From: Laetmonice hystrix
Taxonomy: Eukaryota
Length of the DNA stretch: 64,000 nucleotides
Reading direction: 5' to 3'
Assembly (NCBI GenBank): GCA_965235115.1
Contig: OZ249439.1
Location: forward strand, 2,480,001 to 2,544,000
Of this stretch, positions 51,862 to 61,611 are shown piece after piece. The translations under genes were made by a program, and so were the position numbers. Below the pieces are notes generated by a model that worked only from the letters and a program-made list of their open reading frames with translations, had not been told where the DNA came from and made no database searches. Within the stretch, counting starts at the first letter, position 1. Every line of letters starts with the position of its first letter.

Positions 51862-51993
51862 GGGCTGTACGAATCACGTGTAGTGGGAAATATGAAACAT
51901 CTCACTTGTGTGGTGAGAAATTTGTATACGTGTATGTGTCTGGTACCTAACTGAGTTAAGTAGTTATTGAAAGTTTTACATTTCATGTTCCAG

Positions 51994-52224
51994 ATGGGTT
52001 AGACACGACAGCCATGGTGAAAGTAACACTCCGTGACATCAACGACAACCGTCCAGTGTTTGTACCGAATCAGTACAACATTAACTTGGAGAATGATGTC
52101 GCTATATCCTCTATCGTCGTCATTGTCCGAGCGACGGACGCTGACTCTGGAGCCAGCGGACAGGTCAGATACTCAATCATCAGCGGCAACTCGCAAGGCC
52201 TCTTCTCCATCCACCAAACATCAG
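51994..52224 (+). CDS. ds: ds exon B (DGLDTTAMVKVTLRDINDNRPVF...FSIHQTS)
   Basis: ttccag acceptor, G|GTACCT donor, DINDN motif, in phase with exon A. Confidence 0.93.
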
Positions 52225-52376
52225 GTACCTCAAAGTCACTCGGAAATTCTGTTGGAAAAATAGCGTTGATTTTTTTTTACAGAATCATGAAAGTGACCCA
52301 TCCTTTCTTGGAGTAACATTATGTCTTGAAGTCAGAATATTATCTGAAGCTAACTGATGTGTTTTCTCCTGTACAG

Positions 52377-52613
52377 GTAAGATAAAACTGGTGCAGCCAT
52401 TAAGCCGTTACCCACGGGTGTACAACCTCGGAGTGGAAGCAAGAGATGGAGGCGGGAAAACATCAGCCATCAACGCCAACGTTAGCATCAGTATCCTTGA
52501 CGACAGCCAGCGTCCACCAGTCTTCTCACAGAGTCTGTACAGTTTTATTGTACCTGAGGATGTACCATCTGACACTCTGATTGGTCGTGTCCAGGCAACC
52601 AACACTAATCCAG
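52377..52613 (+). CDS. ds: ds exon C (GKIKLVQPLSRYPRVYNLGVEARDGGG...QATNTNP)
   Basis: ttttctcctgtacag acceptor, G|GTTGGT donor, cadherin motifs. Confidence 0.9.
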
Positions 52614-52827
52614 GTTGGTCTATTTGTTACACGGTATATCCAGACTAAAATTCGTCTTGTATCTGTTAAAAAGAAAACTGGATGGAAATAAGGGAATAGA
52701 GTGGTAAGAAGAAAGGGTTTCCTAGCTCTGTCCAACTCGTAATCTATCCTGTCCTCGTACATGATCTAGGACTAGGAGAAACAGAACTGTATATGTAATA
52801 AATGATTTGTTGTGGTTTCCCGTCTAG

Positions 52828-53003
52828 ATGCTGGAAAAATCGTGTATTCCATCGTGTCTGGTGACATGGACGGACAGTTCTCAGTGGACAGTCAGACTGG
52901 AGAGATAAAGTCGAGTGGTCAACTTGACCACGACTCTGTCCCTGCAGTCCTACTCAACATCCAGGCGGAGAGTGGTTCTCCACCGTCCTACGGCCGGGCT
53001 CAG
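52828..53003 (+). CDS. ds: ds exon D (DAGKIVYSIVSGD...LDHDS...SYGRAQ)
   Basis: ttcccgtctag acceptor, CAG|GTACAA donor. Confidence 0.9.
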
Positions 53004-53280
53004 GTACAATCTTCGATAATTATAGAACAACTAAACAAATAATTACAAAAATAACTTAAATCAAGTCAGGTTTCATCGTTAATAATTATAGAACAACTAA
53101 AGAAACAATTACAAAAGTAACTTAGTTGGGAAAGTTTCATCAATTCCTTCTAACTCTGGTGTAATTTGGAAAGTTTCATAATGTGTTAGAGTACCGTATG
53201 TCAGAGTTGTTGTAACCCATATCTTGTAGAGGACTTATTGGATGAATTGCTCCAGACTAACGAAGTTTTCCTTATCTCAG

Positions 53281-55402
53281 GTGAACATCAGCATCAGTGA
53301 CGTCAACGACAACACTCCAACCTTCTCAGTGAGTAACGTGGAGATCCCTGTCAAGGAAAACGTGGCTGTAAACTCTGTGATCTACATCACCCAGGCTGTG
53401 GACGGAGACAGTGGAGACAACGGTCGCATCACGTACAGTCTACAGGATCAGACTGGAGGCAGTTTACAACCAGACTTTACCATTGACACACAGAGTGGAG
53501 CGATCAAACTGGTCCGGAGTCTGGACTATGAGGGACAGCGACGACATCAAGTGATAGTTACAGCACGAGACAATGGGCGCGTTCCCCGTCAGTCGACCAT
53601 GACATTAACCTTGGAGGTTCAGGATGTCAATGATAACAATCCAGTGTTTACTAAGTCCAAGTATACTGTGACAATCATTGAGACTATCCTACCGAATACA
53701 AAGTTCCTACAGGTGAGCGCTACAGATAAAGACGAAGGAAACAACGGCCGTCTGAGCTATCTCCTACAGAACAGTCCTAACGTCGATCGGTTCGGAATCT
53801 ACGCTGACGGATTTATCTATAACCGAGTAAATCTAGACCGTGAGAACGCTGACCAGTATGTTCTACACGTAGTGGCCATGGACAGTGGTATCCCACCACG
53901 GTCCTCCAGTGTGGAGGTTAGTATCCTGGTACTAGACGCCAATGACAACAGTCCGGTGTTCCAGGAGGAATCGTATGTGTTCTACGTGGAGGAGAATCTG
54001 ATGGCTGGAGCAAACGTCGGGACAGTATCAGCCATTGACCGTGACCAAACAGACAGTCTCCGACTCCAGTACCATCTCGTGGACCAGAATAAATACTTCA
54101 ACATCAAGAGGGACTCCGGACAGATCCAAGCCAAGGTACCTCTGGATCGGGAGGGTGAACCAACCCATCGGTTCTCAGTGCGGGTCACAGATGGAGGATC
54201 ACCCCCACTCACAGCATCTGTCAATGTCCTCGTCCATGTTCTTGATAAAAATGATAACAGCCCAGTGTTTGAACACATCGGACCGTACCGAGCCAGTGTG
54301 GATGAGAACCAACCCAAGGGTACACTGGTAACTCAGGTCTCAGCCCGTGATCAGGATAAAGGTGATAATGGTTCAGTTACTTATCACTTCGCTCACGGTT
54401 CAGCTGGCAGAGACTCTCGTATGTTTACCATTCACCCTCGTACTGGTCAGATAAAAACTGGTGAAGTCCTTGACCATGAAACCAAGGACCGCTATGTGTT
54501 CAAGGTCATCGCTCGTGACAATGGTCATCCATCAAAGGAAACCTCGGAGACTGTTCACGTCGATGTGAATGACATCAATGAGAGCCCACCACTGTTTGAG
54601 AAAACTCACTACTCGTTCTCAATCGATGAGAACGTCATCCCAGGTAAAGTGATAGGTCGAGTGAACGCCAGTGACGCTGACTCGGGAGAGAATGGTCGAG
54701 TCGTTTACTACCTGGTGGAAGGAAACCTGTTTGGGACATTTTGGTTGAACGAAACTACGGGAGACATCATTGTATCGAAACCCATTGATTATGAAATCTC
54801 ATCGTCATATTCTCTGATCATCAGAGCTGTGGACAACAGCGTTATCAACCCAATGAGTAGTAACATCATCGTTAACATCACCATACGTGACCACAACGAC
54901 AACGCGCCAGTCTTTGAACAAGACCCGATAGTTATCACAGTCCGAGAGAACGAGCCAATCGGAGCGATCGTATATACATTCAGTGCCCTTGACCGGGACA
55001 GTGGACCTCGAGGGACCATTCATTATTCCATTGCCGACCAATCACCAGAGAATGTCTGGTTTGATATTGGCGCTGTGTCTGGGGAGTTGAAGATTGCGGC
55101 AGCCATAGATTTTGAGAAGATTACACAGATCTCTATCCAGGTGGAGGCGGAGGATCAGCCAGGGTCTGGAGAGAAACCTCTGTCGTCAACAGTTACAGCC
55201 AGAGTACTGGTGGAGGATGCTAACGACAACAAACCAGTCTTCCAAACCCGGGCTCAGGTCGATATCATGGAGGATGAACCGGTCGGGTACCCAATCGAAC
55301 ACGTGCTCGCAACTGATGCTGACTCTCATGAAAATGGACGAGTCTCGTATGCCATCGTGTCTGGCAATGAGAAAGGAAACTTTAGAATCGACTCATCTAC
55401 AG
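53281..55402 (+). CDS. ds: ds exon E, 2122 nt, about 7 cadherin repeats
   Basis: Core of ORF 53242..55515; cttatctcag acceptor, CAG|GTAAGC donor. Confidence 0.96.
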
Positions 55403-55544
55403 GTAAGCTCAAAGTGTTCATGTGGCAGAATGTCCATGTTGCTGGACTTGTACTGGATGTCTTAACTCTTCATTATAAGTTTTGTGGGTATCGGTATTCT
55501 CAGAACATTCAGTAACGTAGCACAATACCACACCACACCACGAA

Positions 55545-56057
55545 CCGTACCAGAATCTCCTCAGTGTAAGAAATGCTGTGTTCTGTAAGTAACGGTGTCA
55601 TGTTTGTGTACAGGCCTGCTGTACCGTACCAGAATCTCCTCAGTGTAAGAGTGCTAACCCTGTGTTCAGTGTCATGTTTCTGTACAGGCCTGCTGTACCA
55701 TACCAGAATCTCCTCAGTGTAAGAGTACTAACCCTGTGTTCAGTGTCATGTTTGTGTACAGGCCTGCTGTACCGTACCAAAATCTCCTCAGTGTAAGAGT
55801 ACTAACCCTGTGTTCAGTGTCATGTTTGTGTACAGGCTTGCTGTACCATACCAGAATCTCCTCAGTGTAAGAGTACTAACCCTGTGTTCAGTGTCATGTT
55901 TGTGTACAGGCCTGCTGTACCGTACCAAAATCTCCTCAGTGTAAGAGTGCTAACCCTGTGTTCAGTGTCATGTTTGTGTACAGGCTTGCTGTACCGTACC
56001 AGAATCTCCTCAGTGTAAGAGTACTAACCCTGTGTTCTTTGTATCCAGGCCTGCTGT
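55545..56057. repeat. 74-bp minisatellite x~6.5 overlapping the exon F acceptor
   Basis: CAG at 55613, 55687, 55761, 55835, 55909, 55983, each followed by GC(C/T)TGCTGT like the real exon start at 56049. Confidence 0.97.
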
Positions 56058-56288
56058 CGATAGCCCGGAGTCTGGACCGTGAGACGAAGCCAAGGTTCCG
56101 ACTTAACGTGACAGCACGTGATCACGGATACCCCCAGCAGGCCAGCTACATGACACTAACTATCCACATTATTGATGTCAATGATAATCCACCAGCCTTC
56201 CAACACTCTGTCTACAACGCCACGGTCAGAGAAAATGAGGCCATTAATTCATTCGTCACACAGATTAGGGCTCGTGATCCAGATACTG
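56049..56288 (+). CDS. ds: ds exon F (GLLSIARSLDRETKPRF...RARDPDT)
   Basis: TACTAAC branch point at 56022-56028, tctttgtatccag acceptor, G|GTAAGT donor. Confidence 0.93.
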
Positions 56289-56432
56289 GTAAGTCGAGGA
56301 TGTTCTTGTTCTCAAATCATTTAATGGTAAGAGTAGTTAAAGCCTTGGGTAAAATTGGTTCGGCAGTTGTAAAATAATGTATCTGGAAACTGCAAACGCC
56401 AGGAGAACTTAAACCTTTTTTAACATTGACAG

Positions 56433-56567
56433 GTAAAAATGCTGAGCTCCAGTACCTCATCCCAAATGGAATCGCAGACAGCAAGTTTACAATAGGCCTC
56501 ACCAATGGCAATGTTCTCACCAATGTTGTCCTAGACCGTGAACAAAAGAGCAGTTGGGTCATTACTG
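56433..56567 (+). CDS. ds: ds exon G (GKNAELQYLIPNG...LDREQKSSWVIT)
   Basis: ttgacag acceptor, G|GTGAGT donor. Confidence 0.9.
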
Positions 56568-56747
56568 GTGAGTACTCGAGTCTTTTTGTTAATTCTCTCA
56601 GGATACTTATAAAGGTCAGAGTAACCATGTAATTAACACTACTCGTGTATGACTGTTGTATTGTGAATCTACAGAGTAGTCGCCCAGTTTTCCTGGTAAT
56701 AGTATACATGTATTGGGACTAACGTTGGTAATGTGTTTGTGTGTCAG

Positions 56748-56957
56748 CATACGTCAAGGACAGCGCGTTCCCTGCACTCTACGACACGACCACCATCATG
56801 GTAAAGGTGACAGATCAGAACGATAATCGTCCTGTGTTTGTGGAACCTCTCTATAACCTTCGTGTACCAGAGAACGCACAACTAGCTGTTATACACACTA
56901 TCGTTGCCATGGACGCTGACGAGGGAAAAAACGGTCATGTCACATACAAGATCATTG
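56748..56957 (+). CDS. ds: ds exon H (AYVKDSAFPALYDTTT...DQNDNRP...VTYKII)
   Basis: gtgtgtcag acceptor, G|GTAAGT donor. Confidence 0.92.
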
Positions 56958-56974
56958 GTAAGTTATGTGCTTCA

Positions 56975-57375
56975 ATAGGGAGCCGAAGTAGGTCACGAGA
57001 TGTTGCGTTACAACGCGATAAAAGTCGATTTTGTTGACACGTCATTATCGCTCACGCTTGTTTAGCATTGCGCTGGCCATAGGGAACGGCGACTGCCAAC
57101 TTCAACTCGTGATTTCTCTGTAATTATGCTGCCCTTTGTAATGAAACCTTCCCAGATATTTGTATCAACCTGTTTTATGCTTGAATAAATAACTGTTATA
57201 CATAACAACACAAAAATCTTCAAGACTAGGGCGATCTTTGGAACGATGTCTCTTCATCCTATGTTAAACCAATGGGGAAATTTGTGACGCAACAATTGTG
57301 TGTCAACATTGACGCTCCATTTGTACCTCCTATCCAGAAAATCCGTAACTGTGTCACGAGACTTCGGCTCCCTAT
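56975..57375. mobile_element. MITE, 401 bp, 15-bp perfect TIR ATAGGGAGCCGAAGT
   Basis: TIR at 56975-56989 and its reverse complement at 57361-57375; no coding capacity; TSD ambiguous. Confidence 0.75.
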
Positions 57376-57542
57376 AGAATCTACTCGGTTTCATTTTCCA
57401 AGCAAACAACTTTGAACTCATGTGATTCCACCTTCCAAGTTCATCTGACTACAGATATTGGTCGTATTATTTGATTATTGGGGAGGTATTTATAATCGGT
57501 GAGGGTGACTGAATGATTATATTCTTGTTTCCTTCACACCAG

Positions 57543-57912
57543 CTGGGGACCCAAACAACCGGTTCCGTCTGGACTCACAGAGCGGCAAGCTGTCGTGTAT
57601 ACCACTGGACCGCGAGGAAGGTTCCTTCTACAACCTGACTGTGGCAGCCACTGATAGTGGCTCCCCCGCTCAGAGCAGTCATACTCACATCGCAATCTCT
57701 GTACTTGATGAGAACGATAACAATCCAAGGTTCAGAAAACAGTTCTATACCGCGGCTATCCTAGAGAACATCACGGTCGGTCAGGAGATACTGCGAGTGG
57801 TGGCAGACGACGCTGACGAAGGTCTGAACGCTCGCGTCACCTACTCCATCAGTAACGTCACTGAGGGTCTTTTCAAGATTGACAACACCACGGGGGCCAT
57901 TACTACCGCAGG
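57543..57912 (+). CDS. ds: ds exon I (AGDPNNRFRLDSQSG...DENDNNP...GAITTAG), ends phase 2
   Basis: ccttcacaccag acceptor, GG|GTAAGG donor. Confidence 0.92.
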
Positions 57913-58212
57913 GTAAGGGAGAAATACGGTTTATTGGGGAGTTCTTGCAAGAGTTTGTCAGATGATGTATCAACAGTAAACGTAAGAAAATCGTGGAAAA
58001 CTGGGGGGAAAGAAGTCTTACAATCTGGGGCCGAATATTACGTGAAGGGCTCACACAAATGACATGGTAGTGTAGTCCATAGTGTTGAGAACAAAAGAGA
58101 TTTATAACCTGATGTATTAGATCTAGTAGGGAAGAAATCATTCAGGTTTAATAATGGTATGACTTACTGTTCATGATGTCGAGTTTCAATATTAGTTTGT
58201 TACTGTTTCCAG

Positions 58213-58607
58213 TACCTTTGACCGTGAGAAGACGTCAAGTTACAGTTTTGAGGTGGACGCCATGGATGGCGGTCTGTACGGACCTCGTTCAAACCGTGTT
58301 CGTGTTGATGTCACGATCCTGGATGTCAATGACAACGCGCCAGTATTTGAACAGATTCCATACAAAGCGAACATCTCAGCCAGTCAGACGGTCAACCCGT
58401 ACGTGGTCAAGGTGGTCGCTGTGGACAAGGACGAGGGAGCGAATGGCGAGGTGGTCTACAGCTTTGTCAAACCGTCCCAATACTTCGAGATCAAGCCAGA
58501 TTCTGGGGTGATTGTCACCAAGTCTGTGCTAGGACCTGAGGCTGTGGGGGTTCACACAATCGACATCGTGGCCCGCGACAATGGCCAGCGTCCAAAGTCT
58601 TCTAATG
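58213..58607 (+). CDS. ds: ds exon J (TFDREKTSSYSFEVDAMDGG...RPKSSN)
   Basis: tgtttccag acceptor, G|GTGAGA donor. Confidence 0.92.
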
Positions 58608-58742
58608 GTGAGATTGACACACTGGTGGCTGTGACATTTAATATGAAAACATAGATTGTGTGTAAAACTATTACATACAGACGTACAGAGGATTGATGTC
58701 AGTGAGCTGAGTAACAGGATAAATACTTTCTTCTATTTACAG

Positions 58743-58955
58743 GACTGGTTGAGGTCAATGTCGGCAATGCTCCAGGTATCGGGTCATTACGGTTCAATAA
58801 TCTCACCTACAATGTGCACATCCCCGAGAATTTACGTGCGAGAACACGTATTGTCATGGTTACGGCACGGTTTGTATCGGGTCGGTCAGGAAGTATCAGT
58901 TACAGCTTTGCCAGCGGGAATGAGGACCACACTTTCTCCATCAACTCGAATACAG
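58743..58955 (+). CDS. ds: ds exon K (GLVEVNVGNAPG...FSINSNT)
   Basis: ttctatttacag acceptor, CAG|GTAAAG donor; frame is not the one shown in the ORF track. Confidence 0.9.
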
Positions 58956-59139
58956 GTAAAGATTGTTTTATTAGGATCTCCTCATAATATGACATTCACT
59001 CATTAGTCCATACAGTCAGGATCATATCGAGGGTAATGTTAGAAACTGCGCGGGTAATGACTTAGAAGACAGAAACCTTTGTTTTTACCAACTAGTATTT
59101 ACCTGTACTCTCATACATGTGATTGCCGTGATATTCCAG

Positions 59140-59637
59140 GTGAGATATTGGTACGTGACCCGAAGAAACTTGATTATGAAACCAACCCCCGTCTGAGGCT
59201 GATTGTAGTAGCAGCTGCTAACACAGCATACGGCTACACGACGGTGTGGGTGAACCTCCGTGATGTCAACGATAACTCACCCCGCTTCACGGAGGAACGC
59301 TACATATCGTCTGTGTTTGAGGGAAACAAGGACGGGACGTACGTCACACAGATCTTCGCGTCTGATGATGACGAGGGAGACAATGGTCGTGTGACGTACA
59401 CCATTATTGGTGGGAACATCCAGAATGCCTTTGTGATCGACCCTCCCAATACGGGCATCGTGAAGACGAAGTTTATCCTGGACCGTGAGATTCATGAGTC
59501 GTATCGTCTTGAGATCGAGGCTGTTGATGGAGGAGTTCCCCCACTCAGCAGTCGCTGTACACTCAAGATTTCTGTCAATGATATCAACGACAATGCACCA
59601 TTCTTCCCATCTTATCCTCCCAGGAACCTGAGAGAGA
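59140..59637 (+). CDS. ds: ds exon L (GEILVRDPKKLDYE...DINDNAPFFPSYPPRNLRE)
   Basis: atattccag acceptor, A|GTGAGT donor. Confidence 0.92.
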
Positions 59638-59823
59638 GTGAGTTATTCTCTTCATTTAGATCTCACCATAAATTCTAATGTATAAATCTATAACTTTATT
59701 TACTACCTCATAATTTTAGATGAAGGCATTTCCTTAATGCCATCAACTGCTGTTAATACCAGGTTTAGTGTCTGCTGCCCTGTCCAAGTTTTAACCCAGG
59801 AGGTGTTACTGTTGTTCCCGCAG

Positions 59824-60014
59824 GGAGTGAGTTAGGGACGCTGGTCCTCCAGGTGACAGCCAATGACAAGGATCTCAACCCTATCCTGAACTATGACTTC
59901 ACCCCTGATGGTAACCCAGGCAATACGTTTACCATCGACCGTTACAGTGGTCGTATCACCATCGCTAAACCTCTTGACTATGAGGAACGCACTAAATACA
60001 TTCTCAAGGTTAAG
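59824..60014 (+). CDS. ds: ds exon M (RSELGTLVLQVTANDKD...LDYEERTKYILKVK)
   Basis: ttcccgcag acceptor, AAG|GTAAGT donor. Confidence 0.92.
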
Positions 60015-60156
60015 GTAAGTTCAAGTACCCAGTTTATTCAGGGCTTCAAATTCGGATTATGAGACATTTTGTTAACTTATTAAATGTAACTTGAGTCCTG
60101 TAGATTTCCATTCTTGTTCTGCTGTTTCTCACCATGACGTTTGGTTTTATGTCCAG

Positions 60157-60388
60157 GCTGCGGACGGTACATACAACGCTACCACTAACCTCATCGTAAA
60201 CATCATCGATGAGAACGACAACCGTCCAGAGTTCACTCAATCTGACTACCAGGTCCAACTCCCTGAGCTAACCAACCCGGGTTACTCAGTGCTTACAGTC
60301 AGTGCTAGGGATCGAGACGCTGGAGAGAACGCTAGACTTACGTACAGCATAGAACCAGCCGGTGACTTCTCCATCAACGCGTCATCAG
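60157..60388 (+). CDS. ds: ds exon N (AADGTYNATT...DENDNRP...FSINASS)
   Basis: tttatgtccag acceptor, CAG|GTATAC donor. Confidence 0.92.
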
Positions 60389-60860
60389 GTATACAATATA
60401 CTGGTCTACTCGGGACACTCTGGGGGTGCAGGGTTTGGGGAACGGGACTCTCTGGGGGTGCAGGGTTTGGGCAGGTCGTACTTGTAGGTCTATCAACGCG
60501 TCATGACAAAATACTGGTCTACTCGGGACACTCTGGGGGTGCAGGGTTTGGGGAAGGGCAGGTCGTACTTGTAGGTCTATCAACGCGTCATGATAACATA
60601 CTGGTCTACTCGGGACACTCTGGGGATGCAGGGTTTGGGGAAGGGCAGGTCGTACTTGTAGGTCTATCAACGCGTCATGATAACATACTGGTCTACTCGG
60701 GACACTCTGGGGGTGCAGGGTTTGGGAAACGGGACGCTCTGGGGGTGCAGGGTTTGGGGAACGGGACGCTCTGGGGGTGCAGGGTTTTGGGAACGGGACG
60801 CTCTGGGGGTGCAGGGTTTGGGGAGGTCGTACTTATAGGTCTATCAACGGGTCATGACAA
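60373..60860. repeat. mosaic 87-bp array (with about 30-bp subrepeats) overlapping the exon N donor
   Basis: ATCAACGCGTCAT at 60373 (exon), 60492, 60579, 60666; variant at 60843. Confidence 0.93.
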
Positions 60861-60929
60861 CATACTGGAAGATGAAATGTTGGCTAGATCTTAGAGATGA
60901 ATCCAAATGTTATTTTTCTCTCACTCTAG

Positions 60930-61101
60930 GTGTGATATATACCAACAAGAAGGTGACCTTTAACCCCGGACATCACATCATCCCCTTGGTGGTGAAGGCT
61001 GAAGATCATGGGACGCCATCTTTGTCTCAGGTGGCAGTCGTACGTCTTCAGATTATCGACATCAATAACCACGCCCCAGTCTTCAGTCAGACCCTTTACA
61101 G
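60930..61101 (+). CDS. ds: ds exon O (GVIYTNKKVTF...DINNHAPVFSQTLYS), ends phase 2
   Basis: ctctcactctag acceptor, AG|GTACGA donor. Confidence 0.92.
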
Positions 61102-61230
61102 GTACGAGCGGACACTTTCACTCGGGTTTCTTTCTTTAATAAGTTATAGTTGAAATTATGATCTTACAGCTAAATGCAATGTAGCTATTAATAACAAACA
61201 ATGATGAATGAAACTTAAATGTTAAAGTTA

Positions 61231-61532
61231 AGGCCCGGCCACACAGCCCTTACGACCCGATCGTCGGACAGACGACGACGCGATCGTCGGAACGTCAGTG
61301 GTGTCCCATGCGGAATAGTTGATAAACGACGCATGCTCCCTCTGCGTTTGACGTCCACTGTGCACTGCCGACGGAACCGTCGCGTCGTAGATGTTCAACA
61401 TCTCAACATTCCCGACGCGATGAATCCGTCGGCTGATTTGGCCCGATGTGCGTCGGCTGCCCCGGCCACACAGACCGATGCATACCGACCCGATCGTCTG
61501 CGACGATCGGGTCGGTCTGTGTGGCCAGGCCT
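61231..61532. mobile_element. PIF/Harbinger-like MITE, 302 bp, TTA target-site duplication
   Basis: TTA|AGGCCCGGCCACACAG...CTGTGTGGCCAGGCCT|TTA; 16-bp TIR with 1 mismatch; a 3-bp TWA TSD is the PIF/Harbinger signature. Confidence 0.8.
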
Positions 61533-61611
61533 TTAACCTATCTGTTTCTCTCCCTCCCCCAGTGATGAGTTAAAGTTAACCTCTCTCTCTCTCTCTCTCT
61601 CTCTCCTCCAG

